Shown piece after piece: positions 1 to 9,102 of a stretch of 59,632 nt of DNA. Origin of the DNA: a virus (Duplodnaviria > Caudoviricetes). The stretch lies in the IMG/VR virus record IMGVR_UViG_3300027819_000013, positions 1-59,632 of that record; one strand, written 5' to 3'. The notes beneath the pieces are model-generated. The model searched no databases, was not told where the DNA came from, and saw only the letters and a program-made list of their open reading frames with translations. Both the position numbers and the translations under genes were made by a program. Position 1 is the stretch's first letter; each line of letters begins with the position of its first letter.

Positions 1-156
1 ACGCCGGTTCATGGAACTAGCTGACCTGCCACAAGCGCGCTTCGATGCCTGGTGGGCCATGTGGACGCGCGTGAACCCGAAGGCCACGCCTGCCAAGTAC
101 AGTGCGGCCATGGCGCGGATCAGGGCAGAATGCGGACTACCAGGAAAGGAACCATC

Positions 157-525
157 ATGAAAAAAATCGCGCTACTCGTAATTGTTGCAACGCTCGCCGG
201 CTGCCAGGTCGCGCCGATCAACCTGGATTACTCCCTGATTGATGGTAAGGGCGTGAATTACTCGCAGTACGAGTCCGATTACGCGGACTGTGCTCGGCTT
301 GCCGACCAGACCAACGTCGGCGAACGTGCGGCCGGCGGCGCGGTCTTCGGTGTGCTACTCGGCGCTGTTGTCGGGCACGTACTCTGCGGGCGCAGTTGCG
401 CTGGCGCCGGTGCCCGTGGCGGCTTGGTCGGCGGAACGGTCGGCGCTACGTCCTCGGGCGTGCAGGAGCAGCAGAATGCGCTGCGGGCGTGCCTTGTTGG
501 GCGCGGATACAAGGTGATCAGATAG
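157..525 (+). CDS. Glycine-zipper lipoprotein
   Basis: MKKIALLVIVATLAGC lipobox, GAVFGVLLGAVVG/GGLVGGTVG glycine zippers, and CLVGRGY C-terminal motif. Confidence 0.7.
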   Translation: MKKIALLVIVATLAGCQVAPINLDYSLIDGKGVNYSQYESDYADCARLADQTNVGERAAGGAVFGVLLGAVVGHVLCGRSCAGAGARGGLVGGTVGATSSGVQEQQNALRACLVGRGYKVIR

Positions 526-528
526 GGC

Positions 529-557
529 TTGACTTTCCAAAATGACAAGTCCAGAAT
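529..557 (+). promoter_or_regulatory. Putative sigma70 promoter
   Basis: TTGACT-17 bp-CAGAAT directly after the lipoprotein stop, upstream of a structured non-coding leader. Confidence 0.4.
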
Positions 558-871
558 ACTGCCGTCCGTGAATGAATCCGGGCCGAGTGTGATAGCTCGA
601 AAGGCCAATGTGAACGCCCTTACAAGGGGCGGGTGGCGGTTCGGTTCAAGTTGCATTGGCCCCGATTATCACCCGGCTCCCGTTCCCTGTAAGGGCGTTT
701 TCCATTTCCGGACCGAAGCGAGAGAAAAAGCTCGAACGGCCGCGCGACCTTTTCAGCTTTTTCTTTCCCTTCCTTTATGCCTTCCTGCCTCACCGGCAGC
801 TTACTTCTATCACGGGGGTAAGGGGGGACTTGCCTTTTCCTTCCCTTTGTTTTTCAGAGGATGATTGAAAC

Positions 872-1135
872 ATGGGACAAGTAGTGAAGATATCAGAAAT
901 AAACGCGGCGCTTTCTGATTGGGAATTATTCTGGGAAATATACCCCAAGCGCAAAGCGAAACTCGACGCCATGAAGGCATGGAAGCAGACCGAGAAAATT
1001 CGGCCCTGCATAGAAGAACTTCTCGCCGCGATTCAGGAACAGGAAAAATCGAACGACTGGATACGTGACGGCGGGCAATATATTCCACTGCCTGCTTCTT
1101 GGCTTCGCGGCGGACGTTGGATGGATGAGGATTGA
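872..1135 (+). CDS. Short phage replication-initiator-type protein (C-terminal-domain-like only)
   Basis: FWEIYPKRKAKLDAMKAW and YIPLPASWLRGGRWMDE motifs typical of phage replisome-organiser C-termini. Confidence 0.6.
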   Translation: MGQVVKISEINAALSDWELFWEIYPKRKAKLDAMKAWKQTEKIRPCIEELLAAIQEQEKSNDWIRDGGQYIPLPASWLRGGRWMDED

Positions 1136-1136
1136 C

Positions 1137-1346
1137 GTGAGCCAGAACGAAACCATCCTGGAAGCCCTGCGCCGCGGAGAGGTCGTCACGCCGGCGCGGG
1201 CCTTTGAACTTTGCGGATCGTATGCCTGCCACTCTCGCATTGCCGAGCTTCGTGAACGCGGCCATGACATTCGCTGCACGGTTAGGCGGAAAAATGGGCG
1301 GAAGTTTGGCGAATACTCGCTCGTGAAAACGGATCCGTTCGCATGA
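1137..1346 (+). CDS. Winged helix-turn-helix DNA-binding protein
   Basis: SQNETILEALRRGEVVT...SRIAELRERGHDI pattern; GTG start inferred. Confidence 0.65.
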   Translation: MSQNETILEALRRGEVVTPARAFELCGSYACHSRIAELRERGHDIRCTVRRKNGRKFGEYSLVKTDPFA

Positions 1347-1518
1347 CCGACCGCATCATCGTTGACCGCATGTTCAACGCCGGCACGGAGAGCAAGCCTG
1401 TCTATAGGCGCTTGCGCTACATGGTGAGCGGGCAAAACCTGCGCGATAGTTTCGGCGACGACTCGGCGCATGAGGTTGCCGTGAAAAAGACGGCGGAGAT
1501 GTTGAAAAAGACATCGGT

Positions 1519-2220
1519 ATGAAACGGCAGCCAACATTTGCTACGGAAACTGAACTCTGCGCCGCCTTCTTGGCGTGGTTGTCTCGCTACCCGGAGTGGA
1601 CGCCTTATGCCGAAACAGAGGGTTGGGATATCTTGCTCGCTCACGCCGATGGAACCCAAGTCGGAGTTCAGGCCAAGATGAAATTTAATATGGCCGTGCT
1701 TCAGCAAACCATTGAATCCGGCTTGGGGTGGAATGCGACTGGGCCAGACTATCGTGCTGTGTTGGTGCCAGACGATTGCGGGATCAGGAACATTACGGAT
1801 GCATTGGGATTGACGCTGATTCGTCCCCGCAATAATTGGAACGAGAGCTTTGAGTTTGATCCGGGTTTCGGCGATTGCAGTTATGCATGCTGGCACTTCA
1901 GCAACCCAGAGAAACGGCATCCGTTACCGGCCTATATTCCAGATGTTCCGGCCGGCGTCCCGAGTCCGTCTACACTATCAAAGTGGAAAATTGGGGCCTT
2001 GGAGATTTGCGCCGTTTTAGAACTTCGCGGGTTCGTTACGCGACAGGATTTTAGACGCGCCGGAATTGATCACCGTCGGTGGGTGCAGGAATGGCTTGAT
2101 GCTGTGCCGGACAATGCTGGAGCCTGGAGATTGCGTGAAGGGGCACCTGTATTCAGCGTGTTGCACCCAATAGTCTATCCAAAGATACTCGCCGAAGTTC
2201 GCGAAAGACTTGTCATATGA
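1519..2220 (+). CDS. Phage hypothetical protein (possible PD-(D/E)xK-like N-terminus)
   Basis: 233 aa ORF coupled to neighbours; E...WDILL...GVQAK motif. Confidence 0.5.
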   Translation: MKRQPTFATETELCAAFLAWLSRYPEWTPYAETEGWDILLAHADGTQVGVQAKMKFNMAVLQQTIESGLGWNATGPDYRAVLVPDDCGIRNITDALGLTLIRPRNNWNESFEFDPGFGDCSYACWHFSNPEKRHPLPAYIPDVPAGVPSPSTLSKWKIGALEICAVLELRGFVTRQDFRRAGIDHRRWVQEWLDAVPDNAGAWRLREGAPVFSVLHPIVYPKILAEVRERLVI

Positions 2221-2765
2221 TCCGCTTGTCACCAGCCGAATTTGACGCGCATCAAAAGCGCCTAGCCGAGATGAAGGCACGCGCAAACGTGACGACGCAC
2301 GTCTGTAGCGACGAGGAAGTGCTGGGGTTCGGGCAAACAGGGGTCCAGGGCGCCGATCGTAGACGGGTTGATGCTGGGCCAGCCGGGAGGATGAAGGCTC
2401 CCCAGAACGCCCCAAAGAGCCGCCAGCGGTCAAAGCATGGGGCGGTCAAGACCGTAGTGGACGGCGAGCGCTTTGATTCCAAGCTGGAGATGAACGTTTG
2501 GCAGGCGTTACGCCTGCGGGAGATCGCCGGACAGATCCGAAACCTGCGCCGCCAGGTCAAGTTTAGCCTGTTCATGACCGGCGGCGAGCATTACGGGATC
2601 TACACGGCGGATTTTGTGTTTGACGAGAGCGGAGACGCCCGTCAACCGTGGCGTCGTGTAATAGCCGACGCAAAATCTCCACATACCCGTACGCTCCCGG
2701 CATGGCAGAAGGTCAAATTATTGATGCAAAATAATCATGGTATCTACGTGCGTGAGTTGCCATGA
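2217..2765 (+). CDS. DUF1064-family putative endonuclease
   Basis: KHGAVKTVVDGERFDSKLE, LRRQVKFSL, YTADFVF and DAKS motifs. Confidence 0.8.
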   Translation: MIRLSPAEFDAHQKRLAEMKARANVTTHVCSDEEVLGFGQTGVQGADRRRVDAGPAGRMKAPQNAPKSRQRSKHGAVKTVVDGERFDSKLEMNVWQALRLREIAGQIRNLRRQVKFSLFMTGGEHYGIYTADFVFDESGDARQPWRRVIADAKSPHTRTLPAWQKVKLLMQNNHGIYVRELP

Positions 2766-2992
2766 CAACGATCAGCGTCTGCAAGTTCCCTGATGCAATG
2801 AGCGATTGGTGGGAACATCATTTAGCCGAGTTTGAGGCGGATGGTCGAAGGGATGCCGATCTAGGCACCTACAGTCCGCCGTGGGCGAGCGAAGATGATG
2901 ACCCTCAAAACCAAGATGAAAACCTTGCTTATCGCAAAGGGTTTGACGCGCGTCGTAGGGAATTGGGTGATGCGTTTAAGTGGGTTTGCTAG
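2762..2992 (+). CDS. Hypothetical protein
   Basis: ORF coupled to its neighbours in the nin-like operon. Confidence 0.5.
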   Translation: MTTISVCKFPDAMSDWWEHHLAEFEADGRRDADLGTYSPPWASEDDDPQNQDENLAYRKGFDARRRELGDAFKWVC

Positions 2993-3463
2993 ATGACCAG
3001 GCCGACCTACCAGACCCGCAAGATCCGCTTGGCCAGCGAGCTACAGCGCGAGACCGCCCTGGCCATGATCCAGCATGCCCCGCTTGACCCGGACAAACCG
3101 CTGGAGCTGGTGCTGCGCGAGGAATCGAAGGTGCGCGCGCCAGACCAGAATGCCGCCATGTGGGCTGGTCCGCTGCGGGACATTGCCGAGCAGGCGTGGT
3201 ACGGCGATCCGCCGCGGCAGTACAGCGAGAAGACCTGGCACGAGACGTACAAGCGGCTGTACCTGCCTGAGGAATTCGACGCCGAACTGTGCAAGGAAGG
3301 CTACCGAAAATGGGACTTTGACCGCGACGGCGAGCGCGTCCTGATCGGGAGCACAACGCAGCTCACCGTCAAAGGCTTCGCTCAGTATCTGACGCAGGTC
3401 GAGGCGGACGGCGCCGGGATGGGCGTCGAGTTTCACGCACCACCCGTTAGGCAGGCGGCATGA
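2993..3463 (+). CDS. ninB: NinB/YbcN-family recombination accessory protein
   Basis: RAPDQNAAMWAGPLRDIAEQ and GSTTQLTVKGFAQYLTQVEA motifs. Confidence 0.75.
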   Translation: MTRPTYQTRKIRLASELQRETALAMIQHAPLDPDKPLELVLREESKVRAPDQNAAMWAGPLRDIAEQAWYGDPPRQYSEKTWHETYKRLYLPEEFDAELCKEGYRKWDFDRDGERVLIGSTTQLTVKGFAQYLTQVEADGAGMGVEFHAPPVRQAA

Positions 3464-3732
3464 AAGTCCTCTGCACCGAGCGACGCTGCGGCTGGCATGG
3501 CTTGGAGGCCGAAGTATTGCAAGCAGCAAACCCGTTTGATGTTGATGATCAAATCAACGGCTGCCCAAAATGTCATTCGGTGGATTCGATTGTTGTTGCC
3601 TGCGATGAGCCGGATTGTTGGCAGCAGTCCACTTGCGGTACGCCGACGCCGAGCGGATACCGCAATACGTGCGGAAAGCATGTACCGAAAGCCTCCGATG
3701 CGCTGGCGCAGTTGGAGGGTCGCACGGCATGA
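3460..3732 (+). CDS. Cys-rich hypothetical protein
   Basis: Multiple CxxC-type pairs; ATGA-coupled. Confidence 0.5.
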   Translation: MKVLCTERRCGWHGLEAEVLQAANPFDVDDQINGCPKCHSVDSIVVACDEPDCWQQSTCGTPTPSGYRNTCGKHVPKASDALAQLEGRTA

Positions 3733-3898
3733 GCGCCATAGAGCGCGCCTGGAACTGGCTGCGCGGCTACCGTTTCTACTGGCAAAACGGAACGATGGAA
3801 TGCAGTCCGGGAACGTGCCCCTATCCTGTTAGATGCGACTGGAGTGTCAAGGCGTGCATCAAAGCCGGGTACTGTGGGTGTGATGAGAAGGACAAGCG

Positions 3899-4189
3899 GT
3901 GAGCAAGATCACCGCCAGCGCACGCGGCATGGATTGTCGTATTCGCATTCCAACGGTGTGCAATCACGATAATTCTACGACGGTATGGTGTCACGCAAAT
4001 GGAAGCGCGGCGGGGAAGGGAATAGGTCAAAAGAGTCACGATTTACTCGGGGCATATGGATGCAGCGCTTGCCACGATGTTGTTGATCATCGGGCTACGT
4101 CGCCGTTTTCACGTGATGAGGTAAAGCTGATGTTCCACGAAGGACATCAACGAAGTCTAATTATTCTGATTGAAAAGGGGCTGGTATGA
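3899..4189 (+). CDS. DUF1364/YbcO-family putative nuclease
   Basis: SARGMDCRIRIPTVCNHDNSTTVWCH...GAYGCSACHDVVD. Confidence 0.85.
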   Translation: MSKITASARGMDCRIRIPTVCNHDNSTTVWCHANGSAAGKGIGQKSHDLLGAYGCSACHDVVDHRATSPFSRDEVKLMFHEGHQRSLIILIEKGLV

Positions 4190-4258
4190 CTCGAAACGCA
4201 GTCGGGGCGCGGGAGGTGGCGGCGTGAATCCTTGGCGCGAGCGGCGGGAGATTGGGAA

Positions 4259-5173
4259 ATGATCGTGCATGTTGTCTCGATGAGCGGCGGCAAGGACAGC
4301 ACGGCGACGGCGCTGGTCTGTCGGGAACTGCATGACCATATGCAGATTGCCTACGCTTTCGCGGACACCGGAAATGAACATCAAATCACCTACGATTACT
4401 TGGACTACCTGCAACAGCGCCTCGGGATCACTATCCTGCGCCTGCGCCGCGACTTCACCGCCGAGATTGCGCACCGCCGTCAATGGTTGCAGGAGAACGG
4501 AGAGGCGCGCGGCTACACGCCGGCCGCAATCGAGCGCGCGCTGTCCGTACTAATTCCGAGCGGCAATCCGTTCCTGGATCTGTGCATGTTCAAGGGAAGG
4601 TTCCCGTCCCGTAAGGCGCAGTTCTGCACGCAGTTTCTGAAAACTGAGCCGCTGGTCGAGTACCAGATGGGCCTGGTCGATGACGGCTTCATTGTCTGGT
4701 CCTGGCAGGGCATCAGGGCCGACGAAGGCGGTCGGCGTGCGTTCGCCAAGCCATTCGAGGAAATTGGCGGTGGCATGTTCATCAATCGCCCAATCCTACG
4801 CTGGAAGGCGGCTGATACGTTCGATGCCATGCACGCCGCAGGCGTTGAACCGAATCCACTCTACAAGCTCGGCATGGGCCGTGTCGGCTGTATGCCGTGC
4901 ATCAACGCGAATAAGTCGGAAGTCGGCGAGATTGCGCTCCGGTTCCCGGAACAGATTGAACGCATCATGGAATGGGAGCGGCTGGTAGCGGCGGCGAGCA
5001 AGCTGGAGGCTGCGTCATTTTTTACGAACCCAGATCGGGAGGCGCACCTGAATAAGCGCGGCATCATCAATATCGTGGAATGGTCGAAGACAACCCGAGG
5101 CGGGATGCAGTTTGACTTGCTGGCGCCGAAGGAATCAGCGGCATGTTCATCCTCATACGGGTTGTGCGAATGA
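4259..5173 (+). CDS. Phosphoadenosine phosphosulfate reductase family protein
   Basis: SGGKDS PP-loop, ADTGNEH, FCTQFLK, RVGCMPC and a C-terminal CSSSYGLCE. Confidence 0.85.
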   Translation: MIVHVVSMSGGKDSTATALVCRELHDHMQIAYAFADTGNEHQITYDYLDYLQQRLGITILRLRRDFTAEIAHRRQWLQENGEARGYTPAAIERALSVLIPSGNPFLDLCMFKGRFPSRKAQFCTQFLKTEPLVEYQMGLVDDGFIVWSWQGIRADEGGRRAFAKPFEEIGGGMFINRPILRWKAADTFDAMHAAGVEPNPLYKLGMGRVGCMPCINANKSEVGEIALRFPEQIERIMEWERLVAAASKLEAASFFTNPDREAHLNKRGIINIVEWSKTTRGGMQFDLLAPKESAACSSSYGLCE

Positions 5174-5562
5174 GTTTCTTCCTGTCCTCCTGTCCGCGGT
5201 GCGGGTCCAGGCTCGAGGTCGTGACCGAGGCGCAAAAGGTCGCGTTCCAAATGGTTTGCATCGAGCTCGAGCGGCAATGCGAGTGGCCGCCGGACTCAGG
5301 CGAGCACATCGACGTAGAGCACTGGAAGCAGTTGATGATCCTAGCCTACGAACGGGAGCATGCGCGCGAGGCCAAGATCCTGCCGGCGCTCGACGGTGAC
5401 GGGTGGGACGTGGTGTTCAAGCGCTTCTCGCGCCTGGAAAAGCAAGAGGGGTCAGAGGTCCTAGCGTTTGCGAACGCCTGGGCGGCCGAGCACGGCATCA
5501 CGAGGAAGCTGTCGGCGCGGGAGAGACGACGCGAGAAAGACCCGGAGGCCTGCGGTGGGTGA
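5170..5562 (+). CDS. Second, divergent NinB-like protein
   Basis: WKQLMILAY...ILPALDGDG...EVLAFANAWAAEHG resembles the NinB/YbcN core. Confidence 0.55.
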   Translation: MSFFLSSCPRCGSRLEVVTEAQKVAFQMVCIELERQCEWPPDSGEHIDVEHWKQLMILAYEREHAREAKILPALDGDGWDVVFKRFSRLEKQEGSEVLAFANAWAAEHGITRKLSARERRREKDPEACGG

Positions 5563-6442
5563 GAAGACTTCCATTGCCTGGACGACCAGCACGCTGAACC
5601 CGTGGATCGGTTGCACCGAGGTCGGGCCCGGGTGCGACAACTGCTACGCCCGCGAGCAGGACAGCCGCAAGCGCTGGGACCACGGCAAGACGCATTGGGG
5701 CGCCGGTGTGCCGCGCTACCGCACCAGCGAATCGAACTGGAAACAGCCGCTCGCGTGGAACCGGAAGGCCGAGAAGGATGGCCTACCGCATCGCGTGTTC
5801 TGTGCCTCGCTCGCTGACGTTTTCGACAATGAAACGTCGCAAGCGTGGCGGCAAGATCTCTGGCACCTAATTTTGATGACGCCGAATTTATCTTGGCTGC
5901 TAGTGACGAAGCGCATCGGCAATGTAGTGAAAATGATTCCTGGAGTTTGGCTTGATGGATTTCCATCACACATCCGTCTGCTCATCACCGTCTGCAATCA
6001 GGAGGAAGCCGACCGCGACATTCCGAAGCTGCTGGCGCTGCCGTGTAAGAACGGGTTGTCGATCGAGCCACAACTTGGTCCCGTAGATTTGCGCAACGTA
6101 GTGATGCCTGATGGCGACAGCCTTGGAATTGGCCTATTCAGCCACAGAGAAGGACGCGGGATTGAGTGGTGTATACAGGGTGGAGAGAGCGGCTCTGCGG
6201 CACGACCGTTCGATCTGGCGTGGGCGCGCTCGACGAGAGATCAGTGCAAGGCGGCCGGAACAGCATTTTTCTTTAAGCAGGCTGGCTCATGGCCTTACGA
6301 CTCTCTCACCGCGTGGAAGATGCACAACATGCGGGAGCACCCGCACCCTGAGGACCTGGGCAGGATGCGCTTCAAAGACCGTGCCGGTGCCGACCCGTCC
6401 GAGTGGCCGAGCGATTTAAGGGTGAGGGAATTGCCGGAATGA
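5555..6442 (+). CDS. DUF5131 (Gp37Gp68) family protein
   Basis: TSIAWTTSTLNPWIGCTEVGPGCDNCYA, RVFCASLADVFD and GGESG...FFFKQ. Confidence 0.9.
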   Translation: MGEKTSIAWTTSTLNPWIGCTEVGPGCDNCYAREQDSRKRWDHGKTHWGAGVPRYRTSESNWKQPLAWNRKAEKDGLPHRVFCASLADVFDNETSQAWRQDLWHLILMTPNLSWLLVTKRIGNVVKMIPGVWLDGFPSHIRLLITVCNQEEADRDIPKLLALPCKNGLSIEPQLGPVDLRNVVMPDGDSLGIGLFSHREGRGIEWCIQGGESGSAARPFDLAWARSTRDQCKAAGTAFFFKQAGSWPYDSLTAWKMHNMREHPHPEDLGRMRFKDRAGADPSEWPSDLRVRELPE

Positions 6443-6627
6443 AAACGCTCGCCATAAAGATCGAGCAGATCGACGGCCTGCGCGATACCAGCGACCTGAC
6501 GCCATGGGAAAACGAGTTTGTGACCAGCATCGTTGAGCGCCTGCCGGCGAATAAGGACACGCGCGGCTACAGCGCGAAGCAGGTCGAGATCATCGAGCGG
6601 ATTTGGGAGAAACACTTCTGTGGTTAA
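6439..6627 (+). CDS. Hypothetical protein
   Basis: ATGA-coupled small ORF (DLTPWENEFVTSI). Confidence 0.55.
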   Translation: MKTLAIKIEQIDGLRDTSDLTPWENEFVTSIVERLPANKDTRGYSAKQVEIIERIWEKHFCG

Positions 6628-7084
6628 ACGATTCCATGACCTGACTGGGCATAAGTTCAATCTCTTAACCGTGGTTGCTTATGCCGGCACAAACAAGCAT
6701 CGGTTTGCCGAATGGCGCTGTCGGTGCGATTGCGGTAATGAGGTAACGGTTATGGCTGGATCGTTGAAATCTGGAAACACTAAAGCGTGCGGATGCCTTC
6801 ACAAAACGCATGGAATGTCTGAGCACCCGCTATATTCGGTCTGGGGGCAGATGAAAGAGCGGTGCCAAAAACCGACGAATCAAGCCTACAAGAATTATGG
6901 TGGGCGCGGCATTTCCGTATGCGAGAGGTGGGAGAGCTTTGAAAATTTTCTTTTTGATATAGGGATTCCACCTAAAGGTCTGACGTTAGAACGCATGGAC
7001 AATGATGGAAACTACGAACCCGGTAATTGCAAATGGGCAACACGTTCAGAGCAGCGAGCAAATCAACGAAAGCATTTCGCATGA
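6620..7084 (+). CDS. HNH homing-type endonuclease
   Basis: WRCRCDCG, MKERC...YKNYGGRGISVCERW and LERMDNDGNYEPGNCKWAT; lower GC than flanks. Confidence 0.85.
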   Translation: MVKRFHDLTGHKFNLLTVVAYAGTNKHRFAEWRCRCDCGNEVTVMAGSLKSGNTKACGCLHKTHGMSEHPLYSVWGQMKERCQKPTNQAYKNYGGRGISVCERWESFENFLFDIGIPPKGLTLERMDNDGNYEPGNCKWATRSEQRANQRKHFA

Positions 7085-7359
7085 GCGCTGCCTCAAAGCG
7101 CCATATGGAGCGCGTAAGGCGGTTGCCGTGCATTGCCACGTTGATGATTGAGGGGCAAAGCGTGCCGAGCGAAGAGTTGCACCACGCCGAGAGTGTGCGC
7201 GATGAGCTATCGGATTTTCTAATCATACCGCTGTCTTGGCGGTATCACTCGCGAAATTCTCCTATTAGCATTCATGCGTTGTCCAGGCGTGGCTTTGAAC
7301 GGCGCTACGGAATATCGGAACTGAAGATGTTGGCCAAGGTGCAGGAGTTGCTGGCATGA
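7081..7359 (+). CDS. Ref/DUF968-like HNH-type protein
   Basis: HMERVRRLPCI...ELHH...IIPLSWRYH...FERRYG. Confidence 0.55.
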   Translation: MSAASKRHMERVRRLPCIATLMIEGQSVPSEELHHAESVRDELSDFLIIPLSWRYHSRNSPISIHALSRRGFERRYGISELKMLAKVQELLA

Positions 7360-7553
7360 GTAAATCACTACTCGACTGGAAGGCAGACGAGGCCAGCAAC
7401 CTCGAGTTGATGCGCCTCACCACAGAGCGATGGCATCGGCAGGGCTTGCTCAAGCAGCCCGAGGACGTGCGTATTCACGCCGCAAAGCAGCTGACCGACC
7501 CGAGCAAGCGCGTGAACAGCACGGGGCGGCCAAGGAAGGCAAATGCGGGTTGA
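7356..7553 (+). CDS. Hypothetical protein
   Basis: ATGA-coupled small ORF. Confidence 0.45.
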   Translation: MSKSLLDWKADEASNLELMRLTTERWHRQGLLKQPEDVRIHAAKQLTDPSKRVNSTGRPRKANAG

Positions 7554-7985
7554 TCTGGATTATTTACTCAAGAATTGGGGCAATTGGGCGCGATTACGGC
7601 CTCGCTACGGGCATTGCTACTCGATTGAGCATAAGTCCGCTCCCCCCAATGTTGGTGGCCTGTAGGCCCTAGAATCGAGGTTCATGAGGGTTTTGGGCTG
7701 GACGTGGAAAGGGTGATGCGGTTTGTACCCGGTTTGCACCGAGAAGGCTTAGTCTGTCACTATGTCTTTCGGATGCCGCAGCGCAGCATATGCAAAGAAT
7801 TGGTGATTCCTTACAATACTTGGGGCCGGGTATTGGGAGATGCACAACTAATTGTGGAAAACCTATTGACACGTCAGGGTTTCTTTGAAAGAATCTCAAT
7901 TAATTCGGGAAAGCCGGTGCGTTTAGCCGCGACCATTGTGGACCTTACGGGGTTCGCTTTGTCTCTCGAAACAAGCCTCGCCTAG
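7543..7985 (+). pseudogene. Antiterminator-Q-like late regulator, split by a 1-nt frameshift near 7636-7648
   Basis: Frame A gives MRVDLDYLLKNWGNWAR...SIEHK and stops at 7663. The -1 frame continues RSPQCWW...LVCHYVFRMPQRSICKEL (HTH-like). It lies at the end of the nin region before the packaging genes. Confidence 0.5.
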
Positions 7986-7998
7986 TCGCGGGGCTTTT
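7973..7998 (+). terminator. Rho-independent terminator-like hairpin
   Basis: AAGCCTCGC-ctagtc-GCGGGGCTT ending in a short T run. Confidence 0.55.
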
Positions 7999-8056
7999 CA
8001 TTGGGCGAGCCTGAAAAAGGCGTAGTGCGTGAAAGACGCATAGCCCACCCAACAAT

Positions 8057-8127
8057 TGCGGGCGGCGCTGGGCGCTGCCGGGACTCATAACCCTGGTTTG
8101 CACGGTCCAAATCCGTGGCCCGCTACC
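8057..8127 (+). tRNA. tRNA-Met(CAT)-like element, initiator-like and degenerate
   Basis: Acceptor GCGGGC/GCCCGC with a 1:72 mismatch, anticodon loop CTCATAA flanked by GGG/CCC, and T arm CACGG-TCCAAAT-CCGTG. The D arm is shortened and there is no encoded CCA. Confidence 0.6.
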
Positions 8128-8433
8128 GACCTCCCTGCCGACGTGTCTCCGTACTCCTCGGTGATGCGCGGTTGCAGACGCTCACCTCCACCGCGAGCGC
8201 TGCCTTGCCGCGCACCGACCCCACTTGTTGGGAAGCGCGGCTATTTTATTGCGGCTGGCCGGAACGGGAGTCGCTCCAGGCCGGCAACGCGAACGCGGAT
8301 ACTCGCGCAGATGCTCGAGGCCCAGCCTACAGAGGCTATCTGGGGGATCGGGTGCAGTGCAGGCGCAGCGGTCGCTTACCGATGAGGACCGATGGCATAA
8401 GACTATGATAAATAACACTCTATTGAGGATGTT

Positions 8434-8709
8434 ATGGCAGGTTTAATCGGGAATGCAGTCGGCGGATTCGTGGCACCAAAAAAAGTTGCCGGTGACACGG
8501 CGAATAGTCCGTGGTCCTATACGCCACCAGCGAACCTATTTTCCGGCACGCCAGTACTCCAGCCTGCCCCCCCTCTCTCATCAATACCGCCAACCTCTCC
8601 TCCTACTGTGGATCTGGGTGTGCCACAGCCAAGCGGCCCGCCGCCGCCGAGCATCACGCGAGACCCCGTGACCCCGCTTTTGATGATCGTAAATGTTTTG
8701 AAGAAATAA
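8434..8709 (+). CDS. Pro-rich hypothetical protein
   Basis: ATG preceded by GAGG; low complexity. Confidence 0.45.
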   Translation: MAGLIGNAVGGFVAPKKVAGDTANSPWSYTPPANLFSGTPVLQPAPPLSSIPPTSPPTVDLGVPQPSGPPPPSITRDPVTPLLMIVNVLKK

Positions 8710-8781
8710 GGAGCCAGTGCAGAAAACGCTTTTCTTGAGCATTGATTTGGTGCAAAATTGTGGGCGCGAGAGGTCGAAAAT

Positions 8782-9102
8782 ATGGCTGGGAAAAAAGGTA
8801 TGCATGCGAAACGCATTCGCAGCCCCGCGATGATTGAGACTTTTCGGGCAGGCGTGCAAGTGACGCTAATCCGTGATCGGTTGAATAAACAAGCGCTTGA
8901 TCAAATTAAAAAGAAGGTGAAAGGTGCGGATGGGAATGTTGTTGAGGTTCCTGTCTACATGTCCAAGGCCGCGCTTAAGGCTGCGGAGATTCTTTTAGCT
9001 CGGTGCGTGCCGACTGTCAGTTCGGTAGAGATGACTGGCAAGGACGGCAGTCCGATGCAGAGCCATGTTACGTTCTACCTGCCGAAGAATGGGCGCGACT
9101 AA
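8782..9102 (+). CDS. Putative terminase small subunit
   Basis: Directly upstream of TerL; C-terminal SVEMTGKDGSPMQ motif typical of TerS. Confidence 0.65.
   Translation: MAGKKGMHAKRIRSPAMIETFRAGVQVTLIRDRLNKQALDQIKKKVKGADGNVVEVPVYMSKAALKAAEILLARCVPTVSSVEMTGKDGSPMQSHVTFYLPKNGRD

Noticed and set aside
1-6. ACGCCG at both ends as a terminal repeat
   Set aside because: Only 6 bp, within an Arg-codon run; could be chance or residual assembly overlap.
529-864. 111-aa ORF upstream of the replication-type gene
   Set aside because: TTG start coincides with a -35 box, the translation is low complexity, and the region is better explained as a structured leader.
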